Shown: piece by piece, positions 37,243 to 49,934 of the stretch
How positions within the stretch are numbered: the first letter of the stretch is position 1
How the letters are laid out: each line of letters starts with the position of its first letter
DNA from: Microthyrium microscopicum
Taxonomy: Eukaryota
Length of the DNA: 64,000 nucleotides
Reading direction: 5' to 3'
Assembly: GCA_010405405.1 (NCBI GenBank)
Contig: MU004231.1
Location: forward strand, 4,266,884 to 4,330,883
The notes under the pieces: model-generated
The model's input: only the letters and a program-made list of their open reading frames with translations
Databases searched by the model: none
Told to the model about the DNA's origin: nothing
Made by a program: the position numbers and the translations under genes

Positions 37243-37772
37243 TCATCCACTGCGCAGTTGCGCTGTTCCCTTCGCGGCGCCTCGCCACAGAAGAGACAAG
37301 CAACTCAGATTGCCTATCCACCAGAAGAGTCCTCTAAACTGTGACCATCTATCGTCAGAAACGAATACATATACCACCCCATATGCCAGTCTGGCCAGCG
37401 TATAGATAGCGCATGTACCGTTGATAACTCCCATTGGCACCCTGGAGTGCATCGCGAAAATAACTGGTTATTCCATCAGCTCTCAACTCTCCTTGTATCT
37501 CAATTGCTTATACCTGATCCAAAGAACAGCGTGTATCCTTCCACGCTATTCGCAGAGGCACCTTCGCATCGTTGAATCATGTCGACTTGCTCGCGCGTGA
37601 GCTTGCCTTCACGAATAGCTGCGTCCGCATATTTGTTAAGATCTTGGCGGGGCGAGGCGTTGTGGTCGATGCCATAGATTTGTTTGATTGTGCGGCTGCT
37701 GAGAATGCCGTATGCGTAGAACCAGTTCCATGTTAGAAAACCTGCGGTTATGTAATATGGCGAGAGAGGCAT
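37243..37772 (-). CDS. MAPEG-family membrane protein
   Basis: Motifs GIDHNASPRQDL, RCEGASANSVEGY and YTLARLAYGVVYV...SQFRGLFWW, with three or four TM segments and one intron at about 37466-37513. Confidence 0.78.
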
Positions 37773-38289
37773 TGAGAATTTGAGATGTAGTGTGATGTGC
37801 TTTGCGATGATTTGAAGGATCACGATAGCATGAAGATCTTACCCTCGACAGCTGAATTGATGTAACGAAGGTAGTGTTCGTTGGTTGTATAAATGTACTT
37901 CGGTCGAAGTCATAAATCGGATGTTTCGGAGATACAAATGCGCCGATATTGCGAGAAGACCTTTGTCGACCGCAAGTACTCTTCCATGCTTCGTCCTATC
38001 GTGCAGAAATTCCATAATTGTTTCGCGTGCCTGAAAGGCCTTTGACGCGCCTTTATTCTCTAACTTCTCGGATTCTCAAAATCACATCGTGCGGTCACGT
38101 TATGACGCGAAACTTATATAGGTTGACTTTCCATTAATTCACAACATAAACTTGACATCAGCCCCTTTCTATCCTACATGATGACCCTTCCACATCAATA
38201 ACATCAGCAAGCAGTATTCTATCACTTCAATACTTCCGGCCGACCGCGGGATCTAGTCCTACGGGTCATCCTAACATCTTACTCAGGAG

Positions 38290-39779
38290 TCAAGAGTCTT
38301 TCAAGCGCCTTGCCCAAGACGCGACCGAGTACTTCTCACGAGTCTTCCATCGCCCAGTTTCGTCATCCCAGCGGTATGCGCGGCTTCCTTTGATAGCCGC
38401 ATGGTGCTCATCTCCGCGTACCATGTCCAGTAGGGTACGAGCCGTAGGATGCTGATCCACGTACGCAGCGAACTTGAGAGCCGGTGGAATCGAGGCTTCA
38501 ACTTGCTTTTCAAGGCGCAAAGCAAATCGGATGTACTGCTCTGAATCTTCGGGTCCCATTTCTGACATGAGCTGCTTCTCCGCGTCGGTTTTCTCCTGGA
38601 TGGTTCTAACATGCCGTGCCTTTGTATGGGAGAGCTTGGTTTGGTGATCTTTCAGATTGAGAGGATCCAACATGTGGCTGACATTTTCGTCATAGGACTG
38701 CATCTTTTCACACTGGTCGAGAGTTATTCGCTCTATGTTACGGCGAATGTACCAGTCTGAGATGCGCTTCAGAGGGCCGGTTAGGCGTGGTGGCTAAAGT
38801 TGTCAGTGTCAAGTCACAATGACTGATTTAGGAGAGATCTGTTACTTTGCATGTTCCTTTGTTCCAGATGCCTTCAATCGTCATAGATGGCTTGCTGAGT
38901 ATGAACTTTGAAGAACTAGAAGCCTTGAAATTGACTTGATAGAAATCATAGACTTCGGTTGTATCACTCGATGTGGACTCACGGAAGCTTGAGCACCAGA
39001 CTCCTTGCAGATGAGGGCACCACCGCTCCAAGACGCAGAGAAGGTTGGATAGTGCGTGATGTGAAGGTTCTCCAGCAACACATTGGCCGTCCTCTCGTAC
39101 TTCACAGACTTGATGGCTGATGTAGTCGGCTGGAGTTTGGGGCCACCAGCCAAGACCCCGGATAGAGAGGTATCGAACTCGAGACATGAAGTCAAGATTG
39201 CACGTTGGCAGCTGATAGAAAACCATATCCATAAGGCGATCGGTATACTGTGGCAACAACTGGCGCCATGTTCCAAGGGGATGGTACTCATACTTCAGAG
39301 GATCATTGTTCGTCATTTGCAGTAGTTTAGGATCGAAATGATGGTCAAGATCGATCTCGAACACTCGGTTGTTAAGCATGTAGTCGTTGACGTATCGACG
39401 AACATCCCAGTGAGTGAGCTTCAGACCATATAGCATGATCGTGTCGCAGTGATCCAAGATGAGGTCCTTGACTTCATCTGAGAGCGCCTGAAATCTTTAG
39501 CATGGACTTTTTTCAGAAGTCTAAGGTCGAGATAGGGACTGTGTGGTGCGATACAAGTCATCTGATAGGATGACAATCCAATTTCATCAACAGATGGCTG
39601 AGGGTGTGTTTACTTGGGTTGTTCTTACCATGAATCGAAATGGGCGAGCGGTACTTTGTCGTTTGTTGGCCAGCGTCAAGTCGGCAGCGTCCGCCGTCGG
39701 CGCTCAGACTGAATTTGCGCTTAAAATATTAGCTAGCATCCAATTAGATGACAAAGGTTAGGTATACCTCGAGCGACAT
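38290..39779 (-). CDS. Hypothetical protein with F-box-like N-terminal motif (5' structure uncertain)
   Basis: Splicing GTAAGA (~39629) to TTCAG (~39488) gives PFRFM|ALSDEVKDLILDH. The ORFs 38828-39457 and 38290-38703 are joined by a short intron near 38.8 kb. I could not resolve the first exon in frame. Confidence 0.5.
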
Positions 39780-40882
39780 TGTTGGAGGTTGAATTGTGGG
39801 ATGGAACTGAAAGAAGAGAGTAAGCGAAGTTGTGTTAAGCTTGAAAGTTGACAATGTGGAGGATGGAGTGAGAGCAGGGTTAATTAGTTGGAGAGCGGTA
39901 ATGTTCTGAAGATACAAGTGCCTGAAATCCGACCAAGTCGCTGCTCAATATGGACCAGTGACTGGAGAGTGGCTTGAAATTTGAGGTGACCAGGATGCAA
40001 CCATCGAGGTGATTGACAAGTGACATTCGACCTCGAGAGCGCACTTACAAGCTGTTCGATCGAGATTTCAACTATCAGACAAGTAGTAACGTGGCGGATG
40101 ACAATGATGTCGTAAATCAAGCCTCCTACGGATTGCGATATAACATGCTCTAGATTCAATGTATTATATACTGAAGTGATCCGAATGTGTTCGCACTCCA
40201 GGGCAAACAAAGACACGGAAGCAGGAAATGGATGACAGCTACGAACATAATCATAAAAACACCAGCTATCGTGTCTCTCGCTCGGTCGTTGTAAAATTCA
40301 TGGAGCGAAATGGTATGTTGGTAGGTCTCAAGTAGAAGAAGAATCAACAAGTTTAAGAGAGCGGGTGGTAAAACGATTGCTTCGCTCCGCAATTTTCATG
40401 CGTCTCTTGTTAGTGAGCAATCAAGTACATAATGAGATAATGTTACAAACTTCACTGTTCTCGCGGGCCTATGTCTCCTCTGCTCTAATACTCTACCGAT
40501 CAACAAGGTCTCTGGCTATGAATGTCAGAACCTGCTCCATAATCCATGTCTCGACTCTCGGGCACTATTAGCCTCAGCAATCTTGGAAGATCTGGACCAG
40601 CGTAAAGGAATCATAAACCCAAAAGTTGGTGGGTAAGATTCAGAACCTGAGCAAATCTCACATTTCTAGTTTATGAGGTCTTATGTTATCGCAACTTTCA
40701 CCAAGAGTTCACATCAAACATCAAGCCACAAGTTAGTTTTGGAAGAGATTCATTATCTTTCTATTGCTTCAAACAAATATGAAGATCAAAGGTCTAACTT
40801 GACTGGACCTACCAGGCTACCACCGAAGCAAACTTGACACATCTTCAACGTCAAGCTGTCTTTCACGAACCTGTCCCAAGAC

Positions 40883-41441
40883 TTAGACCCAGTGAGATGC
40901 GACATGCACGACAATGGTATTGTCGCCGCGAGTTGCTCCAGTGGAGCCGCCACGATTGCCACACTGAACTGCAATCGAATTGACTGCGCCGGCGACTAGA
41001 CCACAGTCGACCCGGTCGACGTTGCCGTTACCCCATTTGCGACCAGAAACGCTGGAGACTTGTCAGTATAAAGTTATTTTAGCACATACGCTGTTAGCCA
41101 CAATTTGTTAATTTACTGAGACCTCATTCTGCGGCATTTCAACAGAGCAATGATTCAGGGCATTAGGGAAGGCACCCTGAGTATAATTTTATACCAAAAA
41201 CTTACTGGACATTGCCGACTTGAGCAAAGTGAGCCGAGTCGACGATAACAATGCACTCAACTCCCGGGTACAAGTTGTTGGCAGCCTTGAACATGTCTTG
41301 CTGGCTCAAGTTTTCGTTGTTGCAGGTTCCGGGATAATCGAGAGTCGCAGTAACGTTGCGAGCCACGAGATCGGAAGTGGGAAGGGCCATGACAGAGCCA
41401 ATGGCAGCAAGGACAACGAAGAGAGAGGTAAAGAGCTTCAT
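40883..41441 (-). CDS. Small secreted Cys-containing protein (candidate effector, ~134 aa)
   Basis: Signal peptide MKLFTSLFVVLAAIGSVMA and propeptide ending LVAR. Removing intron 41052-41205 gives ...VGNVHVSGRKWGNGNVDRVDCGLVAGAVNSIAVQCGNRGGSTG...VVHVASHWV*. Four Cys. Confidence 0.75.
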
Positions 41442-42403
41442 GATTGTGGTTTGGGGAGGATAGTAGTTTGAGTTGTGTTGTGTTGGCTGAGATAGAAGGC
41501 TTGATTGTTCTCAGTGTTAAAAGCGGCGGATGATGGTAGAGAAATATGTTGAAGAAGCCGAGATACATGTGTATTTAAGGATCGTAGTTCTCGCAAAGTT
41601 CACTCAGGAAGACCGGGCAGTGACCTGGTGCTCTCAAGAGCTGAGGTTATGTCACTATCATTTCATGATGGAGATCTCCAGAACGGTAGGAGCATCAAGC
41701 CTCAAATTGTCACTCAGGCATGTCAGCTACCTCAGTGAACATTCCTACTGCTTGCTCTGGTGATATTGCTTCATGTAGTACCTGTTAGCAACAGCTGGTA
41801 GGCACCAATCCTCAATTTGCTAGCGCATCTTCGTTGAGAATCACAGTCACAAATATTCCATATGGGCCATAGCCTTATATATCGAGGGAGGCGACAAAAT
41901 GATAGTTCATTGTGAACTTAGTCCGGCTGGTACTATCTGAGAATATATCTTGAAAAGTTGGTAAGGCACAAACGACCTCAAATAGGAAAGCTAAGTGGCA
42001 GTGTAAGTTCGGTTAATCAAACTCTGTAGACCTCGTTCAGGTCAGATCCAGAATGATATCTTATTTACTGAGCATGATGGCCACAAGTCGCGGCAGATCA
42101 ATGGAACAAGGCCATAGAAAATTACAAGACAACCTGGGAAGTTGACACAGAGGCGACTCCCGAGACTACTAGGCTGAGACGAGTGGGCTGCCACTTCTTA
42201 CATGTAATGCTGCTCACCTTCCAAAGCTCTTTCCATTTGATGGACCCAGCCTGTATCTTCCGAGTGATAGGATTCACCTGCATTTGATGTTATGGTTCAC
42301 TTCAGACACACCATCCACGAGACGATATCATCAATTTGGTAAAGCTATCGATACGAAACTATAAATTTAAAGTATTACCAATCGACCGGATGAACTAACT
42401 CCC

Positions 42404-43119
42404 ATGCCCACGATGTCGACATCATACTCCCCGGTGACCGTCTAGCAGACAATCCAAGGCGAACCCTGGCTCAAAGCCGTATTCATCCTCACATGTATCG
42501 TTCTCGGTTTGGCGACTTTATTCGCCATCAGCACTACCCTCTGGCTCATCTACCTTATAATCAGAAATTGTCGACGTCGCCGCACAAAGAAACTTCTACT
42601 CAATGACAGAGAAGCTGCCCGCCCACCCCGTAACTTGCCTTCAGATTCTGCACAACTGCATATCACTAATGTGAACCTTTAAAAGGCCCTCCGCGGCCAT
42701 CAGCCGCCGCAGAACGTCTTTCCTTCGCCTGCGTCGGCGAAAACGTGTCCTCCCACAAAGACGACTCCATCGAGTTGACGTCCTTTCCCTGTGTTCCACC
42801 CATCAGCCACCCTCTGAACACCAGTCCGCTTCCACCAGCTCGACCATTTCGCCGTATGACACCAAATTTCTTCGGTTCGAGCCAGCAGCGACGGCATGTC
42901 TCGCGTGGGCCAACTTTCCTTGGTGGTGATGAATCGCAGCGAATTGGTATGGCAGTGCCACTGGACGCGCGCAGTAGCCATTATCCGGAAGACGAGATTG
43001 ATCACGTAGATGGCAGAGAGTCTGGGAATACTCAACGTTCGGTTGAGACTACGAAGACGGATGACACTCTGGTGTCGGACAGACTTGGACGCAGTACGAT
43101 TTCGGTGCAAGCCATTTGA
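42404..43119 (+). CDS. Single-pass membrane protein; in-frame TAG near the start (pseudogene or unresolved first exon)
   Basis: TM segment AVFILTCIVLGLATLFAISTTLWLIYLII followed by RNCRRRR. An intron at about 42630-42685 leads into ORF 42745-43119. TAG at 42443-42445 is in frame with ATG 42404. Confidence 0.5.
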
Positions 43120-43484
43120 GGATGGGGATCAATTTGGATATCGTGCAGTGGTATCTCGGAACGGGACTTGGGGAGCGGGATAGATGGCAGGTGGTTTGGA
43201 GATGAGCCTCCACTGGGTATTGAAGTTGTTCAAAGACCGTTGCATTGACACGTGTGTTGCAACGTCTGACTGGTGGTAGATGAACTACTACTACGATATT
43301 CTTTCATTGTTTAGGATGTCAGTTTGTATAGAATGGAGATCGTTTTAAAGGAATGAAGATTCATTAATGAATTTAACTGAAGATTATTATACTGCTGTGT
43401 CTCACCATAAAGAAAGTGTCTAAATCAACGTCAATCATACATTATCGTAACAACTGATTCGAGTAGCCATTTCAAAGTTGCAAA

Positions 43485-44281
43485 CTAGTTAGGGACCATT
43501 GGTCCAGCTCCCATGCCAGTGCCTGGAACCTTTGGTGACTTTGGAATCTGCGAAGCCTTGGGCTTAGGAGGCTGTGAAGCCTTTGGGCTCTTGGGCTTTG
43601 GTGACTGAGTAGTAGTACCATTGTTTGGTCCATTTGGTGGCCCGTTCTGTACACTTCCAAGGTTGTTCTAGAAGATGTGTTAGCATTTGTTGTTTCAAGT
43701 TTCAGCTTGGCGATTGAAACATACCTGAAGCCCTTTGTTGGTTGAAATGTCAGCCTGGAAAGCTTTCTGCAGGCTTTGAAGAACTGCGCCATCTTTGGTA
43801 GCATCACCAGTCAGCTTGCTTGTTAGGCCAACTTCTTTGGCTTGTGAAGCTTCGATGTTAGATAGACCGCGGAGAAGCTGGGGGTTGTTCTTTGCTAGAG
43901 CCATGTTGTTTTGTCTGATGGCGATTCCGGCGTTGACAAATGCCATTAGGTTTTTCTGCAATAGGATGTTAGCTTGGAATATGGAAGAAGATTTGTACTT
44001 TTTACCTTGCCTGCAGCGTATACTGCTGGATCGGCGGTTTTGCCCTGTTGAACTGCATTCATCAGATCCTGAGTAGCAGCCAGCTCGCCTTGAGCTGCCA
44101 TTACGTTGAGGTCAATTCCATCAGAGATCGCTTTGGTGACAGCCGCAGCTGCGGTTGTGACTGTAGAGTTCGCAGCCTTTTGAGCAATAACTTTGCTGCG
44201 GAACCATGGAGAATTAGTTTGAATGGCGGCAGCATAAGCCATCGAGGCGAATGGGATGGCGAGGAGAATGCTGGACTTCAT
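43485..44281 (-). CDS. Secreted, Cys-free helical protein with P/K/S-rich C-terminal tail
   Basis: Signal peptide MKSSILLAIPFASMAYA. Three exons give LMAFVNAGIAIRQNN...GLSNIEASQAKE...D..VLQSLQKAFQADI, then SPKPKSPKASQPPKPKASQIPKSPKVP. Confidence 0.75.
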
Positions 44282-45492
44282 GTTTGGTGATCTGAATGAT
44301 TGAGGTAATTAATTAGTGATTGACTTGGGAAGTAAGGAGCAGTCGATGGATCCTGTGTAAGAGAGAGTCTAATTGGATACGTTGCTGAAGAGAATGAATG
44401 GTGAAAAGCAGTGTTAATTCCTAACGAGTCGTGATGCAAACGAGCGATGCTTCATGTGAAATCCATCGACAGTTGACCTTATATATTTCGATTTGGGCAA
44501 AACCTAAACAGCATAGACCGCAGATATTTTGACATTTGGGAAACAACTGTCATCGTATACTTGAAAGTTTCACGGGCACTCTGCGGAACATCAGACCCGG
44601 ATGTGAATAGATGGAAGATCATGCGTATCAGTAGGCCTAGGCTCCAAGTGAAGAAGCAGCATACAGCTGAGATATACCTTTGATCCAATGGTTGTTGATA
44701 GACATGGGGTCTTTTGTTTTACAGCCTCGTGATAAGTTCCAGCCCTATAGGCGGTTCGAAAGACTCAAAGACGACCCAGTCAGACCGAATGGCATACAGA
44801 GAGCAGCCTGCAATATGATAGAAGCGCAATAGAGGAATACCAGTAGACGTTAGATTAATTCAGGGCGTTGGAAGTTGAAACAGAAACAGTCATCGGGTGA
44901 ATCTTGAAGACGCCGTTTCGAGGTCAACACCACACATGATGAGAGATATAGAAGGCCAAGAAACGGATTTGAGAAGATGGCTTGCGCTTGGACTTGGGGC
45001 TGTTGCTGCGTCTGTGGCGAGTAGACCATTTCTGCGTGATCGAGTGACGATATGAGAGGTTTGGACACTGTTTGAGAATCAGATCAATGCAATGCCCTTT
45101 GGCATGAAACGGTACCTGCAGATCATCCCAGGTCTGCATGCGCTGATCGCCACGACAAGATCAAATAATCTTTGAGCCTCAAAACTGGCTAGAATATTGG
45201 AAGAAAATAGTACAAAAACCAGGTTTTGATCCTAGAGCTTGTCAACCAAAGATTCACTGATGAAAAAAGATCTGCGATACGCTGTGTCTTGAGCTTGGGC
45301 AAGGAGTTATATGTACAGTATTATAAGGCGATAATCTCAAGAATGCCCGGGATATCTAGAATCTAGACTCACTTAGCTCCAAGTCGCGGAACGCCGACCC
45401 GGTTTTGCTGCAAGCGTTGTAGATGCTTGTGTGTTCACCGTTGAGGAAGTCCGATACCTCCTAGCATTGTCCGACGCTTCATTAAGCAACAT

Positions 45493-46514
45493 CTAGAAGC
45501 AAAAGACTTGATCCTCGAGCTTGCTAACAGCTCTAGCCTTCTCGTAGTCAAGGCTGACCAGTGCCTTCTTCATGGCACTAACCATGGGTGGTGGCCCGCA
45601 GACAAGTATTTTGACGTCGCTTGCCGGAGCTGGAAATCGCTCCTAGAGCTCACAGTTAGTTGTTTGGATATATAGAGCAAGACGAGGCAGCTAACCTTCA
45701 TCATCTCCGCAGTCACAAATCCGACACCGCCAGTCCATCCCTCTGGTGGGTTGTTCAACACGTAGTAAATCCTGAAACCAGGATCTTCCTTTACAAGAGA
45801 GTCGAGATCTTCCTTCAGCAGGATATCCTCGGGGTTGACGTTCGCAAAGATGAGATCAACCTCAGTCTTGTCTCCAAGAGCGCGACCACGAACAATTGCG
45901 CGAATGATTTGAAGCATTGGGGTAATACCAGTACCACCAGCGATCATACCAAAACGTCTAACCATGTTTGGTGTGTAGACCATAGCACCCTTGGGTCCTT
46001 TGACTTTCATGGTCTGCCCAACGCGAAGTCCAGCAACATGCTTGGAAATATTTCCAGTTGGGTAAGACTTGATGAGTAGGTCAAAGTGGCCAGGATTGAC
46101 ATCTGATGATATAGGAGTATAGGATCTGAGGACATCTTTTCCATCAATGGCCGCTCCAAGGGAAATGTGTTGGCCGATAGGAAGGCCGAGAACATCGGTA
46201 GGTCTGGGGAGAGCGAATCGATAGATGGCGGTATTGTGTGAGAGGATGGTCTTTTCCTTAAGCTCAAAGTCCTGGAACTTGTCTGGTTTGAGGATCTTCC
46301 GCTCAACTGCAAGGTGAATTAGCGAAGGTCAACTAATTAAATGGCTAGAAGTCTTACGATTGTTGAATATCTTGTATCCACCGAGCACAAGAGCTAATCC
46401 GAAAGCATATGGGAGCCAGTCAGACTTCATGATGTATGTGCCAACTATCAGCAAAGCTGATGGGATGTACACGCCATGGACATAACCCGGAGAAGTGAGC
46501 GAAGACGAAGACAT
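45493..46514 (-). CDS. CBR1: NADH-cytochrome b5 reductase 1
   Basis: N-terminal [46 protein letters not shown] and C-terminal EDQVFCF. Two introns. Confidence 0.93.
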
Positions 46515-46853
46515 GATGTCAATTGGGTCGGTGGTGATAAGAGGTAGCTATTAGGAGAAAGGAGAGAGGTCACGCCGATCTTCTAGTTTGTCGAAGTCCA
46601 CAATTGAGGGTTTGTGACATATAAAAGAGTTCCAAGGATACAGATGGCAATGGACTGAGCCGCAGGGAAATTTCTCCCGGTCATCTTATCTTATCTGTAC
46701 ACTAGCGTGGTAGCGATCCTTGTCATCGCGTGGCGCTTCAACGTCCTATCTTCAATCCAGAACTCACGACATCTCCGTATTCTATACCTGCTCAGCACAA
46801 ACCTGTCACGTTCGCACAAGCATCAAGAAGTGCCATTTCCCATCGTTGGTACT

Positions 46854-47535
46854 ATGGGTGATCCCCCAGCTCAGCCATTTCATCTCACAGCCCGGGATCA
46901 TGGCGTTTTGGCAACCAAGGATGAGGACTATGTTCTCCTGACGTGGGATCATATCAAAGAAGTTATTGGTAACATCGATCAACGACACACTGGAACGAGG
47001 GCTAACAGCTACATCCGTAGCTTCCGCCGACTATGAAGGTCTCACTCGACAACCATCGCAACTCCGTGCCTATATGGCATGGTCATCGCAAGTTCGCGAG
47101 GAATACGGCAGCACGACCAATTTTCTTTTGCAGAAACGCCTTCGCTGGACCCCTCTAACCAGCGTTGATGAAGATCCTGCACTTCGTTTCGCAATGAAGA
47201 ATCCTGTTCCATTTGCCGCTCGATCAGACTACCGGATTCTGCTCAATGACTGGCCATATGGAAACGAACCTGGAATAACTCATATCTGCGTCTGGCTGAA
47301 AACGCCGTTGCCAGTTGATTCTGTGAAGGGCGCGCTCACAGCTGAAGGCACAGCTATGGTCAACGCCTTTATCAAGAATGAAATTGAGCAACCATTGAAG
47401 GTTGAGGATCAAGATAAGGTTTTGTGGTTCAAAAACTATACAAGTTTGCAAAGTATTAGGACTATCGACCATGTCCACGTACTCATTAGAGGTCTTGACC
47501 TGTCCAAAATAGATAAAATCCTAGAGAAGCCATGA
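46854..47535 (+). CDS. DUF3605 / GIG1-like (GlcNAc-induced) HIT-like protein
   Basis: Motifs PFHLTARD, TWDHIKEVI, ILLNDWPYG, HICVWLK and WFKNYTSLQSIRTIDHVHVL. Intron about 46969-47020. Confidence 0.82.
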
Positions 47536-47774
47536 CTGTAGTCTTGCGAAAAATCCCAGTCTTGCAGTCTCAGGATCAGATCGTGTTTTCGGTATTGCGC
47601 AATGAAATGGCGGGTTGATGTTTGTCAGGGTTGAGGCGCATATGGAGAGGCATATTATATATTAATGATAGATTTAGACACGCCCATGACATTACTTTTG
47701 CATCGGAAACAATTTATTCTTCCTTCGTGTGGAGCTCATCAAAATCTCGACTCATCGACCCCATCCTTCTGAAA

Positions 47775-48167
47775 TTAATCCTCATCATCGTCCACAACGC
47801 TCTCCGCAGTCACCTTCTTGCTTTTCCGGTCATTGTTGTTGCCATCCGCATCGTCATCATCTGGCCGCCCGTCATTTTTGTTGTTGTGGTTGTTGTGCTG
47901 GCGTTGATCTGATTTCTCAGTGTCTGAGATTTTAGGCATAGCTCGCAGGCCGGCGAGCACCCCAAGAGTCAGCATGAATTTCTGTTCTTTTCGTTCCTTT
48001 TCGTTGCCGGTGAATTTGACAGGCGGGGCGGGCTTGTAGAGGCGAGGTGCTGTCTTGAGCTTGCGTCGTTGAGTAATGGTCAGCTCAATTTTGGATGTTG
48101 TAGTCGATTCGGGGCGTGGGTCGGAGTCTTTGCGGCTTTTGAGAAGGGCGGCGATGAACGAAGACAT
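47775..48167 (-). CDS. Possible small basic/acidic hypothetical protein
   Basis: 130-aa ORF with ATG in good context; low complexity and no family recognised. Confidence 0.35.
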   Translation of the reverse strand: MSSFIAALLKSRKDSDPRPESTTTSKIELTITQRRKLKTAPRLYKPAPPVKFTGNEKERKEQKFMLTLGVLAGLRAMPKISDTEKSDQRQHNNHNNKNDGRPDDDDADGNNNDRKSKKVTAESVVDDDED

Positions 48168-48428
48168 TCCTTTTTGTGGGTTTTGTTGCTTAATCGGGTG
48201 GGTTTGTGATGCGAGTCGGTAATACTATTTTTGCTTGGATTGGTGATTGCAGGAGGTTAGGTTGAAACATTGGTATGTAAAAGAATTCTGAAAGTTGAGG
48301 ACTATTGTTGTGGCTACCTGAAGTATTGAGGTTCTGTGCGGCAAACACTCCAAACACTCCACAGGCGAGTTGAGGTGTATTTGACAGACTGGTTGTGAAA
48401 TCCGTCAATTCCAGTTGAACATATTGCT

Positions 48429-49934
48429 CTAGCGGCATTTATAAACAGCTTGAGAAATACAGTGCAGTGCTTTGGCCATTTCTGGTCCCTCATAGCTGAC
48501 ATCATAAATCAGCACATCCTGAGGCTCCATGAACTCCTTATCAATTGTGGCTGAGGTTTTAAGTGGGAGTGCTCGAACTGCCTCGTAGAAAGTGAGATCG
48601 TACTCCAGGCGCCATGGATCGTCTTCATCAAATGGAAAATCATTCGGGGGGCTGGGCGGTGGCCCATCCATAGCGACCAAAGGGTTGCATAGGCCAGGGA
48701 ACATAAATGCGCCTTGATTCAACATGCCGACATCGACAAAGGTCAATTTCTGCAAGATCTGGGATGCGGTATTGAAAAATTGTGCCCAGCTGGGTGGATA
48801 TATGCTAATGCCGGAGAGTTTGAGGCTCGTCAATGTCTGCTTTTGAGCCTTGATGAGGCCGTCTAGTACAGCATAGTCGACAGCCACACTCCCCAAGGAA
48901 AGTGAGCGTAGACGGCTTGGCGCGTTATGATTACAAAGGGCCTGGAGCCAGCTTATAGCAAGATATCCATCATCGTAAAAGTTGGTGACTGTCAACGATG
49001 TGAGATTGGTTGCCGTTTGGAGAATCCAAAGCATGTCTTCTTCTTCGCAGCCTTGTAGAACGTATAAATCCACGGAAAGCTCGGTCATGTTCCCCCAAAA
49101 GCTCTTTGAATAAACCGTGTCGAAGATGACAACCTCGGGAATCATGCAGCATGAAGTGGATCGATAACTGTCTGGCGGGGGAAGGTGAAGCCTGTTGATT
49201 TTCTTCTCCGCAGTTGCTGCAATGAAATATACCATGCTCAATACATCTGCACCTGTAGGAGGGCTAGTTCTCGCGAACTCGATATCCGAGTGCAGATTTG
49301 CCTCATAGCCAGGAAAGAGGCAAACAGAGTTACAGTTCGGTAGACAATCGACTAGGAGCTTGTACAGAAGGTTGTATCCTAGTAACTATTAGCACAAGCG
49401 TATATTTTGATACAGAGCAGACGGCAGAAATGAAGCTTCTTGCACTGCGCAAATATGCATCAGCCGTATCTGTACGTAGGCAGTATCAAATACTTTCAAC
49501 CCGTGTTGGACCATTTTGCTGCCGCCGCACAAGACACCCAAGATTAGGTGGTCAAATCAGGTCTCCAGCATGACTACGTTCGAAATTGATGATGAGATGT
49601 CCTTACCTGCATTCTTTTCATCAAGAATATCGTGGCCATTCCGGCGCCATTTGAGGCCATGGCCCAGTCTCCGCTTCATATCTCCTTCTGCATACTCATC
49701 GCCTTTTATCGTCAGAGATCGGCAATATTTCAAGTATTGGAAATGCTCGAAGAACTCGTGAAAACTTGAGCGAGATAGATCTGTAACAAGTGACTCGAAT
49801 ATCTGAATCCAGCTTCGATATGCTTTCTGGTGGATCTCCTTGCATACGAGACGAAAGTGTCGTTGATCAGGGCCCAGATCTGCAGAGATCATTTCAATGA
49901 TCTCAGTAGGTAACGTAGAAAGGTTGCGCGCCAT
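48429..49934 (-). CDS. F-box protein with LRR-like C-terminal region
   Basis: N-terminal LSTLPTEIIEMISADL...FRLVCKEI, then LTSLTV, LRSLSL and LTSLKL repeats. Intron 49379-49606 joins the two ORFs in frame. Confidence 0.75.

Noticed and set aside
40585..40612. GATCTGG-ACCAGCGTAAAGGA resembles the 3' half of a fungal TPP riboswitch
   Set aside because: It lacks the ATAAT loop and an upstream sense-strand CTGAGA, and is not in a thiamine-gene intron.
41052..41205. Internal GCTAACAG-C-GTATGT in the effector intron, suggesting a twin intron or 1-nt exon
   Set aside because: The second intron would be only 38 nt, and including the base causes an early stop. A single intron gives the sensible protein.
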